From contig CAZDKO010000005.1 in NCBI GenBank assembly GCA_964506075.1, positions 1 to 62,527 on the forward strand: a DNA stretch of 62,527 nucleotides. The letters are read 5' to 3'. Below are positions 39,028 through 49,772 of this stretch, piece by piece. Each line of letters opens with the position of its first letter. Within the stretch, counting starts at the first letter, position 1. A model generated the notes under the pieces. It was not told the origin of the DNA. It saw only the letters and a list, made by a program, of their open reading frames with translations, and searched no databases. The stretch comes from an uncultured bacterium (GTDB lineage: Bacteria; CAZDME01; JAYEMH01). The position numbers were made by a program, and so were the translations under genes.

Positions 39028-39807
39028 ATGGAAATTTTTAGAAAAGTAGCGCTTAAAGCCGTTAAAAAAGCCGGCTTAATTCTTCTTAGAAACTTTAAAA
39101 AAAGTAAAGATATTACTTATAAAGGTGAATTTAATCTGGTAACTAATGTTGACCGGCAATCGCAGACTATAATTATGGATATTATCCACCGTTATTTTCC
39201 TCTCCATGGAATTTTAGCTGAAGAAACCGGGGGAGTGGAAGAAAAAAATTCTCCTTACAAATGGATTATTGACCCCCTGGACGGAACCACTAATTATGCC
39301 CATGGGTATCCTTGTTTTTGTATTTCCATCGCCCTGGAAGAAAAAGGAGAAATTATCATGGGGGTTGTATACAATCCAATGCTCGATGAAATTTTCTTCT
39401 CGGGAAAAAATAAAGGGGCATTTTTAAACGGCCGAAGAATCTCTGTTTCCAAAACAGGAAAAATAGACCGGGGGCTTTTAGCGACCGGATTTCCCTATAA
39501 TCGCGGTGAACAACTGGATTACCATATTAACCAATTTAAGAACTTCATGAGATATTGCCACGGTATAAGACGGGACGGCTCAGCGGCTCTGAACCTATGT
39601 TATTTAGCCATGGGACGTTTTGACGGCTTCTGGGAAGTCAACCTTTGCCCCTGGGATACCGCCGCCGGCAGCTTAATGGTTAAAGAAGCCGGTGGGAAAA
39701 TAACTGATTTTACCGGTAATCCTTTTAATCATTACGAGGGGGAAACTTTAGCCACCAATGGGTTAATCCACCAGGAAATGCTGACTATTATCAATCGTCC
39801 AAAATAA
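39028..39807 (+). CDS. suhB: Inositol monophosphatase family protein (SuhB)
   Basis: LVTNVD, AEE, WIIDPLDGTTNYAHG, GSAALNL and WDTAAG. Confidence 0.9.
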   Translation: MEIFRKVALKAVKKAGLILLRNFKKSKDITYKGEFNLVTNVDRQSQTIIMDIIHRYFPLHGILAEETGGVEEKNSPYKWIIDPLDGTTNYAHGYPCFCISIALEEKGEIIMGVVYNPMLDEIFFSGKNKGAFLNGRRISVSKTGKIDRGLLATGFPYNRGEQLDYHINQFKNFMRYCHGIRRDGSAALNLCYLAMGRFDGFWEVNLCPWDTAAGSLMVKEAGGKITDFTGNPFNHYEGETLATNGLIHQEMLTIINRPK

Positions 39808-39826
39808 TATTTAAAAATTATTGAAT

Positions 39827-40055
39827 AAAAAAAAGCGGAGTCGATAAAGTAGGCCCACCTTTGTTGCTCCTTTCTCTGCTTTTTCTGAACAATTCACCGT
39901 CAATTACCGATTTCTCGATACCATCCTCTTTAATTTCATTTACCCTAGCATACTGCTTTAGGGTCAAATCAGCGGTGGTGGTCCTTCCATCAGTAATTGA
40001 ACCGCAGCTTCTCTATCCCCTGTTTACCACAGGCCAGGGGACCTTTATCGGCTCC
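39827..40055 (-). ncRNA. Putative stand-alone structured ncRNA (~220 nt); 6S RNA-like candidate, identity unresolved
   Basis: Its own promoter ends 6 nt before a 13-bp terminal stem (40055-40043 with 39849-39837, one mismatch). Internal stems: 40042-40035/40022-40015, 40000-39989/39911-39900, and a hairpin at 39942-39964. A U8 tract follows at 39834-39827. No credible ORF. Confidence 0.6.
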
Positions 40056-40061
40056 ATTTTA

Positions 40062-40090
40062 ATTATATCATATTTCAACCATATAATCAA
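40062..40090 (-). promoter_or_regulatory. Sigma70 promoter of the putative ncRNA
   Basis: TTGATT (40090-40085), 17-bp spacer, extended -10 TGaTATAAT (TATAAT at 40067-40062). Confidence 0.75.
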
Positions 40091-40094
40091 AAAT

Positions 40095-40328
40095 TTAATT
40101 TAAAAAATCTGCCTCAACAGGGGGTGAGCTTTTATGTATTATTTTCCTTATTCCCCAACCCAGACTTAAGAAAAATAAACCGGCTAAAATAAAAAAAGAA
40201 GCAATTAAAACTACCAGGAGAGCCGGAAACATAATAATTAATAACCCGAAAATTATCAGGGATATCCCCAGAGTGATAAAGGGCCAGCGGAAATTATTAT
40301 TTCCGGCTATAAAGATTTTCTTATACAT
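40095..40328 (-). CDS. Small two-TM membrane protein (77 aa)
   Basis: GGAGGG RBS; two hydrophobic helices around IIMFPALL. Confidence 0.65.
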   Translation of the reverse strand: MYKKIFIAGNNNFRWPFITLGISLIIFGLLIIMFPALLVVLIASFFILAGLFFLSLGWGIRKIIHKSSPPVEADFLN

Positions 40329-40417
40329 TGTTATCCCTCCTTCCTTTTTTAAACAGGTGGAATTTCACCCTTCTGAATGTATTACCGTCACTATAATTAT
40401 CAATATAAAAATAAAAA

Positions 40418-40446
40418 TTGACAATCACGTTTCCGAAAGATATTAT
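40418..40446 (+). promoter_or_regulatory. Sigma70 promoter of the DUF72 gene
   Basis: TTGACA (40418-40423), 17 bp, TATTAT (40441-40446); ATG at 40456. Confidence 0.65.
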
Positions 40447-40455
40447 CTTAAGGTC

Positions 40456-41166
40456 ATGAATAAAATAATCAAGACAGGTTGTTGCGGTTTCCCGGTTAAC
40501 AAGGTAGAATATTTCTCTAAATTCAGACTAATAGAAATTCAGAATACCTTTTATCAGCCGCCTGGAATAGAGACTTTAAAAAAGTGGCGTCAAATCGCAC
40601 CGGTAACCTTTGAATTTTCTTTGAAAGCCTGGCAGCTCATCACCCATCCTCCCGCCAGCCCGACTTACCGGAAATTGAAAGAACCAATTCCCGAAAAAAT
40701 TAAACCCAATTTTGGTTTTTTTAAAATAACCGGCGAAGTCTTTTCGGCGTGGGAAACTACCAGGAAAGCCGCTCTGGCTTTAAAAGCCAGCTGTATAGTT
40801 TTTCAGTGCCCGGCCAGTTTTAAACCGATGGCTGAAAATATTAAAAACCTGACCGTGTTTTTTAAAAAAATTAAGCGCGATAATTTTGTTTTTATCTGGG
40901 AGCCCCGCGGTAACTGGCCGGAAGAAAAAATTAAAAGCCTGTGCCGGGAATTAAATTTAATCCACGCTGTCAATCCTTTTAAAGCCAAGTCTCAATATGG
41001 AAAAATTAATTATTTCCGCCTGCACGGTAATACGGGGTACCGGTATCAATATAAGAAAGAAGAACTTTTGTTTTTAAAAAAACTCTGTCAGAAAGATATC
41101 AACTATGTTTTATTCAATAATACCTCAAGATGGAAAGACGCCCAATCCTTTAAAAATCTTATCTAA
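40456..41166 (+). CDS. DUF72 (YecE-like) protein
   Basis: IKTGCCGF, IEIQNTFY, FSLKAWQLITH, FQCPASF, WEPRG, YFRLHG and VLFNN. Start set at the ATG at 40456; the upstream extension overlaps the divergent gene and the promoter. Confidence 0.85.
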   Translation: MNKIIKTGCCGFPVNKVEYFSKFRLIEIQNTFYQPPGIETLKKWRQIAPVTFEFSLKAWQLITHPPASPTYRKLKEPIPEKIKPNFGFFKITGEVFSAWETTRKAALALKASCIVFQCPASFKPMAENIKNLTVFFKKIKRDNFVFIWEPRGNWPEEKIKSLCRELNLIHAVNPFKAKSQYGKINYFRLHGNTGYRYQYKKEELLFLKKLCQKDINYVLFNNTSRWKDAQSFKNLI

Positions 41167-41186
41167 CTTTTAAAATCCAGACAAAG

Positions 41187-43196
<2,010 letters not shown>

Positions 43197-43222
43197 TTAA
43201 ATATTTATGTGATTTTAAAATT

Positions 43223-44314
43223 TCAGTCTCCCAAAGAGATGCCCAGGGATTTAGCTAACCTGATCAGGGGTGAATTTAAAGGAACCGTCCGTAATTTCCC
43301 CACAGCTTCCTCCAGAGAAACAGAACTGACATTATCCCCTCTTAGACTAACCATTCGGTTAAATTTCCGGCTCATCGCTAAATGAACAGCCTCAGAACCA
43401 AAACGAGAAGCTAAAATACGGTCAAAAGCAGTCGGGGTTCCTCCTCTAACTAAATGGCCAAGAACAGTTACCCGGGATTCCAAACCAGTACAATGTTCAG
43501 TTTCACGGGCAATTTTATTTCCTATTCCTCCCAATCTAATTTTATCCGGGCTGGTCTTAACTATTCTTTTTACAACCATTTTTCCGCTTTTAGGATAGGC
43601 CCCCTCCGCAACGACTACAATGCTAAAACGTTTGCCTTCTTTCTCCCTTTTAAGAACATACTGGCAAATCTTATCAATTTTATACGGTATCTCCGGAATA
43701 AGGATAATATCCCCCCCACCGGCTAAACCCGAAGCTAAAGCCAACCAGCCGGCATAGCGCCCCATCACTTCAATCACCATAACCCGGTGATGAGAAATAG
43801 CCGTGCTGTGAATTTTATCAATCGCCTCAGTAGCAGTAGAGACAGCGGAATCAAAACCAAAAGTAATATCCGTCCCGGAAAGATCGTTATCAATAGTTTT
43901 AGGGACACCTATAATCTTAACCCCTATTTTAGAAAAATCACGAGCAGTAGTTAATGTTCCATCCCCGCCGACACAGATCAAAACTTCTACGCCTAAATCA
44001 GTTAAATTATTCAGGCTTTCTTTAGAACGGTTCTGAAAATATATTTTCCCCCCTTTTTTTACCGGGTAAGCAAACGGATTAGCTTTGTTGGAGGTGCCAA
44101 GAATTGTCCCTCCGAGGGTCAGAATACCCGAAGCATCCGTTAACTTAAGTTCCTTATACCTTTTCTCAATCAATCCTTCATAACCATCATAAAAACCGAT
44201 GACGCTTAATCCGTAATCATTAATAGCCGTTTTAACCGCAGCCCGAATAACGGCATTAATCCCCGGACAATCTCCGCCACCAGTAAGAATTCCTATGGTT
44301 TTTATTCTTTTCAT
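43223..44314 (-). CDS. pfkA: 6-phosphofructokinase (GGDG/PKTID type, likely ATP-dependent group III)
   Basis: TGGGDCPG, GGTIL, GGDGT, PKTIDND, EVMGR and LGHLVRGG; GGAGG RBS. Confidence 0.92.
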   Translation of the reverse strand: MKRIKTIGILTGGGDCPGINAVIRAAVKTAINDYGLSVIGFYDGYEGLIEKRYKELKLTDASGILTLGGTILGTSNKANPFAYPVKKGGKIYFQNRSKESLNNLTDLGVEVLICVGGDGTLTTARDFSKIGVKIIGVPKTIDNDLSGTDITFGFDSAVSTATEAIDKIHSTAISHHRVMVIEVMGRYAGWLALASGLAGGGDIILIPEIPYKIDKICQYVLKREKEGKRFSIVVVAEGAYPKSGKMVVKRIVKTSPDKIRLGGIGNKIARETEHCTGLESRVTVLGHLVRGGTPTAFDRILASRFGSEAVHLAMSRKFNRMVSLRGDNVSSVSLEEAVGKLRTVPLNSPLIRLAKSLGISLGD

Positions 44315-44363
44315 TTTATGAACCTCCAGATTAATTCATCCCTTCATACGTTCAACTGAATAA

Positions 44364-44392
44364 ATTTTATCACGGTTATAGCGATTTATCAA
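44364..44392 (-). promoter_or_regulatory. Sigma70 promoter of pfkA(-ligA)
   Basis: TTGATA (44392-44387), 17 bp, TGaTAAAAT (TAAAAT at 44369-44364). Confidence 0.6.
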
Positions 44393-44524
44393 TGTAGTTT
44401 TGAATAAAGTAAAACCTTAAACGCCGATATTTATCTTTTGGCGATATAAATAAAGAAACAATCTAATTAAACTAAGCCAGCGAAATTTATAGACATACCT
44501 ATCAGTTTATTTTATAATTTAGAT

Positions 44525-46105
44525 ATGTTTAAGAAATCACACCATTTACAGAAATCCCGGGAAAACTGGGGGTCAAAGTTAGGAATTATACTGGCTGTAG
44601 CCGGGAGTGCTATCGGTTTAGGAAACTTCTTACGCTTCCCCGTTCAGGCGGCTCAGAACGGCGGGGGGGCATTTATGATTCCTTACTTTATCTCCCTTAT
44701 ATTTTTAGGAATTCCTTTAATGTGGATTGAATGGACGGTGGGACGTTTCGGAGGAATGTATGGACACGGTACGGCACCGGGTATCTTTCATTCTATCTGG
44801 AATAACCGGTATATTAAATATTTTGGCATTATTGGTATTTTTGGCCCGCTGGTTATTTTTATCTATTATACTTACATCGAATCCTGGATTCTCGGATATA
44901 GTATCTTTTCCATATTAGGAAAATTTTCCGAAGCGAAAAACCAGGCAGACATCCACTCTTTCCTTCGTGGATATCAAGGTCTGGAACGCAATCAATTTTT
45001 TAATACCCTGGGCTGGGCTTACCTGTTTTTTTGTATCACCTTTTTAATCAATATGGCCATTGTCTATCGAGGGGTTTCCGGAGGTATCGAACGTCTCTCC
45101 AAAATTGCTATGCCTGTCTTATTGATTTTTGCCGTTATTATCGCCGTCAGGGTTTTAACTTTAGGAATCCCCGATCCCGCTAAACCCGCCTGGAATATTA
45201 AAAACGGTCTGGGTTTTCTCTGGAATCCTGATTTTTCTGTTTTAAGTAAACCCAGAGTCTGGTTAGCCGCGGCGGGACAAATATTTTTTACTTTGAGCGT
45301 CGGAATCGGCGTTATTTTAACTTATGCCAGTTATCTTTCCCGCGGGGACGACGTCGCTCTTTCCGGACTGACGGCGGTCAGCATTAATGAATTTGCCGAG
45401 GTAATTCTTGGCGCCAGTATTGTCATTCCCGCCGCTTTTGTTTTCTTTGGACCGATAGGTATTAAAGAAGTTGCCGGCAGCGGTTCTTTTAATCTCGGCT
45501 TTATAACCATGCCCATCATCTTTAAACAAATACCCTTAAGCGCGGTGTGGTCTTCACTTTGGTTTATGCTGCTTTTTTTAGCCGGGCTTACCTCTTCGGT
45601 TTCTCTGGCTCAGCCGGCCATAGCTTTCCTTGAGGATGAATTTAATATTAACCGGAAACAAGCGGTCTGGATTTTGGGTGGGGTAGCTTTTATTCTTTGT
45701 CAACCGGCTATATTTTTCCTTGGGCAGGGGGTGGTGGATGAGCTCGACTTCTGGGGAGGAACATTTTGTCTGGTTTTATTTGCCACGATTGAAACTATAC
45801 TTTTTACCTGGATTTTCGGAATAGATAAAGCCTGGGAAGAAATTCACTCCGGAGCCGATATCCGGATACCCCGGGTTTATAAATTTATCATTAAATATAT
45901 TACGCCTCTTTTTTTATTCTTCATTCTTGGTTTCTGGCTAATCAAAGATGGTTTACCGGTAATCTTAATGAAAAACATCCCCTCTGCCAACCAGCCGTAT
46001 ATTTTCGGGACGAGGATAATGCTTATTATTTTATTTATAGGCCTGGCGATTTTGTTAAAAATCGCCTGGCGGAGGCGTAAACTTATGGTTGAAGGAGAAA
46101 AATAA
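44525..46105 (+). CDS. Sodium-dependent amino-acid transporter (NSS/SNF family)
   Basis: RENWGS...GSAIGLGNFLRFP, GGGAF, AAGQIFFTLSVG and YASY; about 12 TM segments. Confidence 0.93.
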   Translation: MFKKSHHLQKSRENWGSKLGIILAVAGSAIGLGNFLRFPVQAAQNGGGAFMIPYFISLIFLGIPLMWIEWTVGRFGGMYGHGTAPGIFHSIWNNRYIKYFGIIGIFGPLVIFIYYTYIESWILGYSIFSILGKFSEAKNQADIHSFLRGYQGLERNQFFNTLGWAYLFFCITFLINMAIVYRGVSGGIERLSKIAMPVLLIFAVIIAVRVLTLGIPDPAKPAWNIKNGLGFLWNPDFSVLSKPRVWLAAAGQIFFTLSVGIGVILTYASYLSRGDDVALSGLTAVSINEFAEVILGASIVIPAAFVFFGPIGIKEVAGSGSFNLGFITMPIIFKQIPLSAVWSSLWFMLLFLAGLTSSVSLAQPAIAFLEDEFNINRKQAVWILGGVAFILCQPAIFFLGQGVVDELDFWGGTFCLVLFATIETILFTWIFGIDKAWEEIHSGADIRIPRVYKFIIKYITPLFLFFILGFWLIKDGLPVILMKNIPSANQPYIFGTRIMLIILFIGLAILLKIAWRRRKLMVEGEK

Positions 46106-46231
46106 ATGCTTATCAGTGGCTGGATTTTTCTGATTGCTTCCTGGGGGGTCATTCTGTCTTTGATTATTTTTTGTTTCTGGAAAACCTTTACCCTCAATCT
46201 TCGCGAGGAAAAGCGAACTAAACCTCAATGA
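46106..46231 (+). CDS. 41-aa single-TM protein, probable small partner of the NSS transporter (MetS-like); not in the ORF track
   Basis: The ATG directly follows the transporter TAA, with GGAG upstream. Sequence MLISGWIFLIASWGVILSLIIFCFWKTFTLNLREEKRTKPQ. Its TGA overlaps the next ATG (ATGA). Confidence 0.65.
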   Translation: MLISGWIFLIASWGVILSLIIFCFWKTFTLNLREEKRTKPQ

Positions 46232-48027
46232 GCCGCCGTCTTGCCGTATTCTTTTTAATTTTTATTACGTCCGTTACCTATGTCAACACCCTTAAGAATG
46301 ACTTTGTCTGGGATGACGTTTTTTTTATCGTTAATAACAATTATATAAAAGATTTAGATTTTATCCCTCAATATTTCTACGAAGCTAAAACCTATGCCAG
46401 CATCCCTGATTACTATATCTTTAGACCCTTACGCACATTTGTTTTTGCCCTGGAATATAAATTATGGGGTCTTAACCCCCGGGGGTTTCATCTTATCAGT
46501 ATAATCCTTCATCTTTTAAACGTCATTATTATCTATTTTCTAATCTCTAAGCTCACCTCTAACCGTCGTCTCGGTTTCATTACCGCCTTAATCTTTAGCG
46601 TGCACCCGGTCCAGACAGAAGCGGTCGCCTGGGTTAAAGGACAGGATGACCTCCTGGCGTCTATATTTTTTTCCCTGGGGTTTTTAATCTTTTTAAAAAA
46701 AGAAGAACAGGAAAAGTATAACCAGTGGGATTCAGTTTTGATTTACTTTTTTTTCTTTTTGGCCCTTCTTTCAAAAATTATGGCGATAACTTTCCCTTTT
46801 ATCCTTATCCTTTATAAGATTAGTTTAAAAAGAGATACTAAAGTTAATAAAGATTCATTCTTTTTCCTCAGTCTATTTCTCATCGCCTTGGCGTATCTTT
46901 TTACCAGACACGTCGTCATTGGCCGCACCACCCAGACTTCATATCTGGGCGGAAAAGCCTATTATACTTTCCTTACCATGCTCAGGGTTTTCCCTTCGTA
47001 CCTTAAGCTCATTATTTACCCTTCAAATTTTATCGCCGATTACTCGGGCATGAAAATCTCTCATTCAATTTTTGAGATACCGGTTTTATTGTCTTTACTC
47101 TTTTGCCTGATAACTCTTCTTACCCTCATTATCTCCTGGAAGAAAAACCGTCTAATCTTTTTCAGCATCAGTTTTTTCTTTTTAACGTTACTGCCTGTTT
47201 CTAATATCGTTCCCACGATGCAGTTTATGGCGGAGAGATTTCTTTATCTTCCGGACTTGGGTGTTTTTTTATTACTTTCTATTCTTATAGTAAAAGCCGT
47301 TTCAATTCTAAGCCCCAGGGAAAGCACTCTATGGTTAATAATAGCTTTATTAACCACGACTCTAATGCCAATAACCATAAATAGAAATGCCGTCTGGCAG
47401 AATGAACTGACTCTCTGGGAAGAAACCTTCAAGACAGCTCCACCGTCTTACCGGGTAATGGAAAATTTAGCCTTTGCTTACACAAATCATAATTTACCTG
47501 ATAAAGCTATACCGCTCCTGGAAAAACTTATGTCCAGAAGTAAAAACAAAGCCAAGATATTTGACTATCTGGGTATAGCTTATTATCGTAAAAAGGAAAT
47601 GGAAAAAGCCCGGGAGTGTTTTGACAAAGCTATTGAATTAAAGCCGGACTTTGCTGTTGCCTACGGACATCTGGGGATTATTCTGGGTGAAGAAAAAAAA
47701 TATAAGTTATCCCGGTATTATCTGGAAAAAGCTATCAATCTGGACTCAAATTCAGCCGAAGCTACTTATTATTACAATAATCTCGGTCTAACCCTGCAAA
47801 ATTCAGGCCAGGAAGAACAAGCTAAAGAAATGTTCAAAACCGCTCTTATTAAAAATCCAGATAACGCTGAAGCCTTAAAAAATCTGGGGGCGATTCTCTG
47901 GAAAGAAAAAAACTGGAAAGAAACCGTAGCCGTATATAAAAGATTAAATATCCTGCTCCCGGAAAATCAAGAATTTAAACATTGGTATAAACAGGCAAAA
48001 AGTCATTTAAGACAACTTGACAAATAA
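46228..48027 (+). CDS. TMTC-like membrane protein (GT-C/DUF1736-like) with C-terminal TPRs
   Basis: NDFVWDD, FRPL, HPVQTEAVAW, AERFLYLP and RNAVW, followed by several TPR motifs. Confidence 0.85.
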   Translation: MSRRLAVFFLIFITSVTYVNTLKNDFVWDDVFFIVNNNYIKDLDFIPQYFYEAKTYASIPDYYIFRPLRTFVFALEYKLWGLNPRGFHLISIILHLLNVIIIYFLISKLTSNRRLGFITALIFSVHPVQTEAVAWVKGQDDLLASIFFSLGFLIFLKKEEQEKYNQWDSVLIYFFFFLALLSKIMAITFPFILILYKISLKRDTKVNKDSFFFLSLFLIALAYLFTRHVVIGRTTQTSYLGGKAYYTFLTMLRVFPSYLKLIIYPSNFIADYSGMKISHSIFEIPVLLSLLFCLITLLTLIISWKKNRLIFFSISFFFLTLLPVSNIVPTMQFMAERFLYLPDLGVFLLLSILIVKAVSILSPRESTLWLIIALLTTTLMPITINRNAVWQNELTLWEETFKTAPPSYRVMENLAFAYTNHNLPDKAIPLLEKLMSRSKNKAKIFDYLGIAYYRKKEMEKARECFDKAIELKPDFAVAYGHLGIILGEEKKYKLSRYYLEKAINLDSNSAEATYYYNNLGLTLQNSGQEEQAKEMFKTALIKNPDNAEALKNLGAILWKEKNWKETVAVYKRLNILLPENQEFKHWYKQAKSHLRQLDK

Positions 48028-48045
48028 CCGTATTTCTGATAGAAT
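48017..48045 (+). promoter_or_regulatory. Sigma70 promoter for GNAT-lipoprotein
   Basis: TTGACA (48017-48022), 17 bp, TGaTAGAAT (TAGAAT at 48040-48045). Confidence 0.65.
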
Positions 48046-48068
48046 TTCTTCAAACTATTAGAGGACAG

Positions 48069-48536
48069 ATGAAGATACGTCCCTTTGAACCTAAAGATAC
48101 CGAACCAGTCAAAACTTTAATTTCGTCAATCATTACCAATGAATTTCCGGAACTAATCAAGGCTTATTCTATAGATGACCTTGATAACATCCCTAAATGT
48201 TACGGTAAAAAAAGGGAAACATTTTTAGTCCTCGAAAATGGAGATAAACTCGTCGGGACGGCCGCCATTAAAGAAGAAGATAAAGATACCGCTTTTCTCC
48301 GTCGGCTCTTCGTTGCCCCCAGTTTCCGTAAAAGAGGATACGGTAAATCCCTCATTGAAAATGCGGTTAAATTTTGCAAACAACAACATTACAAACAAAT
48401 TATTTTTCAAGGAAACGAAAAAATGATAGCCGCTCTGCGTCTTTGTGCCAAATATGGCTTTAAAGAACAAGAAGCGGCCGTAATAGATAACCTGGCTATC
48501 CTCAGGTATGTTTTATTTCTGGAAAAACCAAAATGA
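48069..48536 (+). CDS. GNAT family N-acetyltransferase
   Basis: LRRLFVAPSFRKRGYGKSL (acetyl-CoA-binding motif A); GAGG RBS. Confidence 0.88.
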   Translation: MKIRPFEPKDTEPVKTLISSIITNEFPELIKAYSIDDLDNIPKCYGKKRETFLVLENGDKLVGTAAIKEEDKDTAFLRRLFVAPSFRKRGYGKSLIENAVKFCKQQHYKQIIFQGNEKMIAALRLCAKYGFKEQEAAVIDNLAILRYVLFLEKPK

Positions 48537-48886
48537 AAAAAATTATTTATCTAATTTTAATGGTAACGATATCAACTGGTTTTACCGGTTGCAGTGATTT
48601 TAAAGGGCCGAATATCCGTGATACGGTTACTTCCCCCTGGGATGTCAAACCTCCTTTATCTATCGGTATGACTAAACAAAAAACCATTGCTCAGTGGGGA
48701 GAACCTGATATTATTAACAGATTACCATCTAAAAAGTGGGGTATCGAAAAGGAAGAATGGATTTACTGGGGGAGATATCCTAATATGCCCATCGACTATA
48801 TGTATCTTTCCCGAACCAAACATTTAATTTTTGAAGGTAACGTTCTGGTAGATTTCTTCGACGCTGAAGAAGTAAGAAAAAAATAA
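48533..48886 (+). CDS. Small lipoprotein (SmpA/BamE-like fold possible)
   Basis: Signal peptide with lipobox FTGC; IGMTK...WGEPD...EEWIY. Confidence 0.65.
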   Translation: MKKIIYLILMVTISTGFTGCSDFKGPNIRDTVTSPWDVKPPLSIGMTKQKTIAQWGEPDIINRLPSKKWGIEKEEWIYWGRYPNMPIDYMYLSRTKHLIFEGNVLVDFFDAEEVRKK

Positions 48887-48895
48887 ACTCTCCGT

Positions 48896-49237
48896 CTATT
48901 TTACCGTGATACTCTCAAGTTCCAATTCTTTCCCGGAAACTATTTTCACCTCTGGTGAACCGCAATGAGGACAGACCATTGAAAATTTATTTAAAAATAT
49001 TTCTTCTCCGCAGGCTTTACAATGAGCTTTAGGTGGGACCATCTGTATCTCCATTTTAGTTTTTTCAAGTCCGGTCCCTTTAATTAACATCTTCCAATCT
49101 TCTAAAAAATGTTCCCGGGAAAGCCCCCGAAGTTCTCCTATTCTTATTTTTACTGACAGAACCTTTCGGGCTTTTTTATCTTTAATTTCTCTATTGACTC
49201 TTTCTAAAATATCCTGCATCGCCGACAACTCATGCAT
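48896..49237 (-). CDS. hypA: Hydrogenase nickel-insertion protein HypA
   Basis: MHELS start, CKAC and CPHC zinc motifs, SGKEL. Confidence 0.95.
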   Translation of the reverse strand: MHELSAMQDILERVNREIKDKKARKVLSVKIRIGELRGLSREHFLEDWKMLIKGTGLEKTKMEIQMVPPKAHCKACGEEIFLNKFSMVCPHCGSPEVKIVSGKELELESITVK

Positions 49238-49242
49238 CTTTT

Positions 49243-49740
49243 TCAGCTCCTTTCTAAGGCTAATTTTTGAAGGAACAATTTTTCTATTTTCTTAACACTC
49301 TTTTTTACTTCTTCACTCACTTTCTCTCCAAATTCCAGAGATTTCGGCTGCACAGCTAAAACAAAAACATTAAATTCCCCCGCTTTCCCAAGATAATCAA
49401 TAAAAAGTTTAAGAGAAGAATTGTGGGTTGACATCCCGGATTGCCCTATTTCATTAACCTTTAAAATCTTAATTGTCCCCGGCGTCTGATTCATCACGGC
49501 ACTATCTATAATAATTAATGTATCCGGTTTATCAGCGATAATTTTCCCGAGATAATTTTCCGGAGCCGCTCCACAGTCGTAAACTTTAGCCCGTATTTTA
49601 CCCTTTAGCCGGTGAATTATCATTGGCCCAATTCCGTCATCGGCACGCCAGGGGTTTCCTATTCCTATAACGCCTATCTCTCCTTTAAGACGGGGTAATA
49701 AATCCTTATCTAATTGTCTGGATAGAGTATCATTTTCCAT
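49243..49740 (-). CDS. hycI: Hydrogenase maturation endopeptidase (HycI type)
   Basis: GIGNPWRADDGIG, CGAAPEN, IIDSA and STHNSSL. Confidence 0.9.
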   Translation of the reverse strand: MENDTLSRQLDKDLLPRLKGEIGVIGIGNPWRADDGIGPMIIHRLKGKIRAKVYDCGAAPENYLGKIIADKPDTLIIIDSAVMNQTPGTIKILKVNEIGQSGMSTHNSSLKLFIDYLGKAGEFNVFVLAVQPKSLEFGEKVSEEVKKSVKKIEKLFLQKLALERS

Positions 49741-49772
49741 TTGATAATTAATATATAAGCAGAAAATTTATT

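Noticed and set aside
39837-40055. RNase P RNA, tmRNA or riboswitch identity for the ncRNA
   Set aside because: The 3' ACAAAGGTGGGCCTA loosely resembles RNase P CR-V, but GAGGAAAGUCC is absent. There are no tRNA-like ends or CCA, no riboswitch consensus is recognised, and no gene lies downstream on that strand.
39818-40057. Minus-strand ORF with TAG readthrough (MEPIKVPWPVVNRG*RSCG...)
   Set aside because: Base-pairing explains the sequence better, there is no evidence of recoding elsewhere in the window, and the product resembles nothing.
39861-40103. 80-aa plus-strand ORF in the track
   Set aside because: TTG start, no RBS and no recognisable motif. It is antisense to the promoter-defined structured RNA and overlaps the end of the next gene.
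40273-40455. N-terminal 61-aa extension of the DUF72 ORF
   Set aside because: It overlaps the divergent 77-aa gene and contains the DUF72 promoter; family similarity begins at MNKIIKTG.
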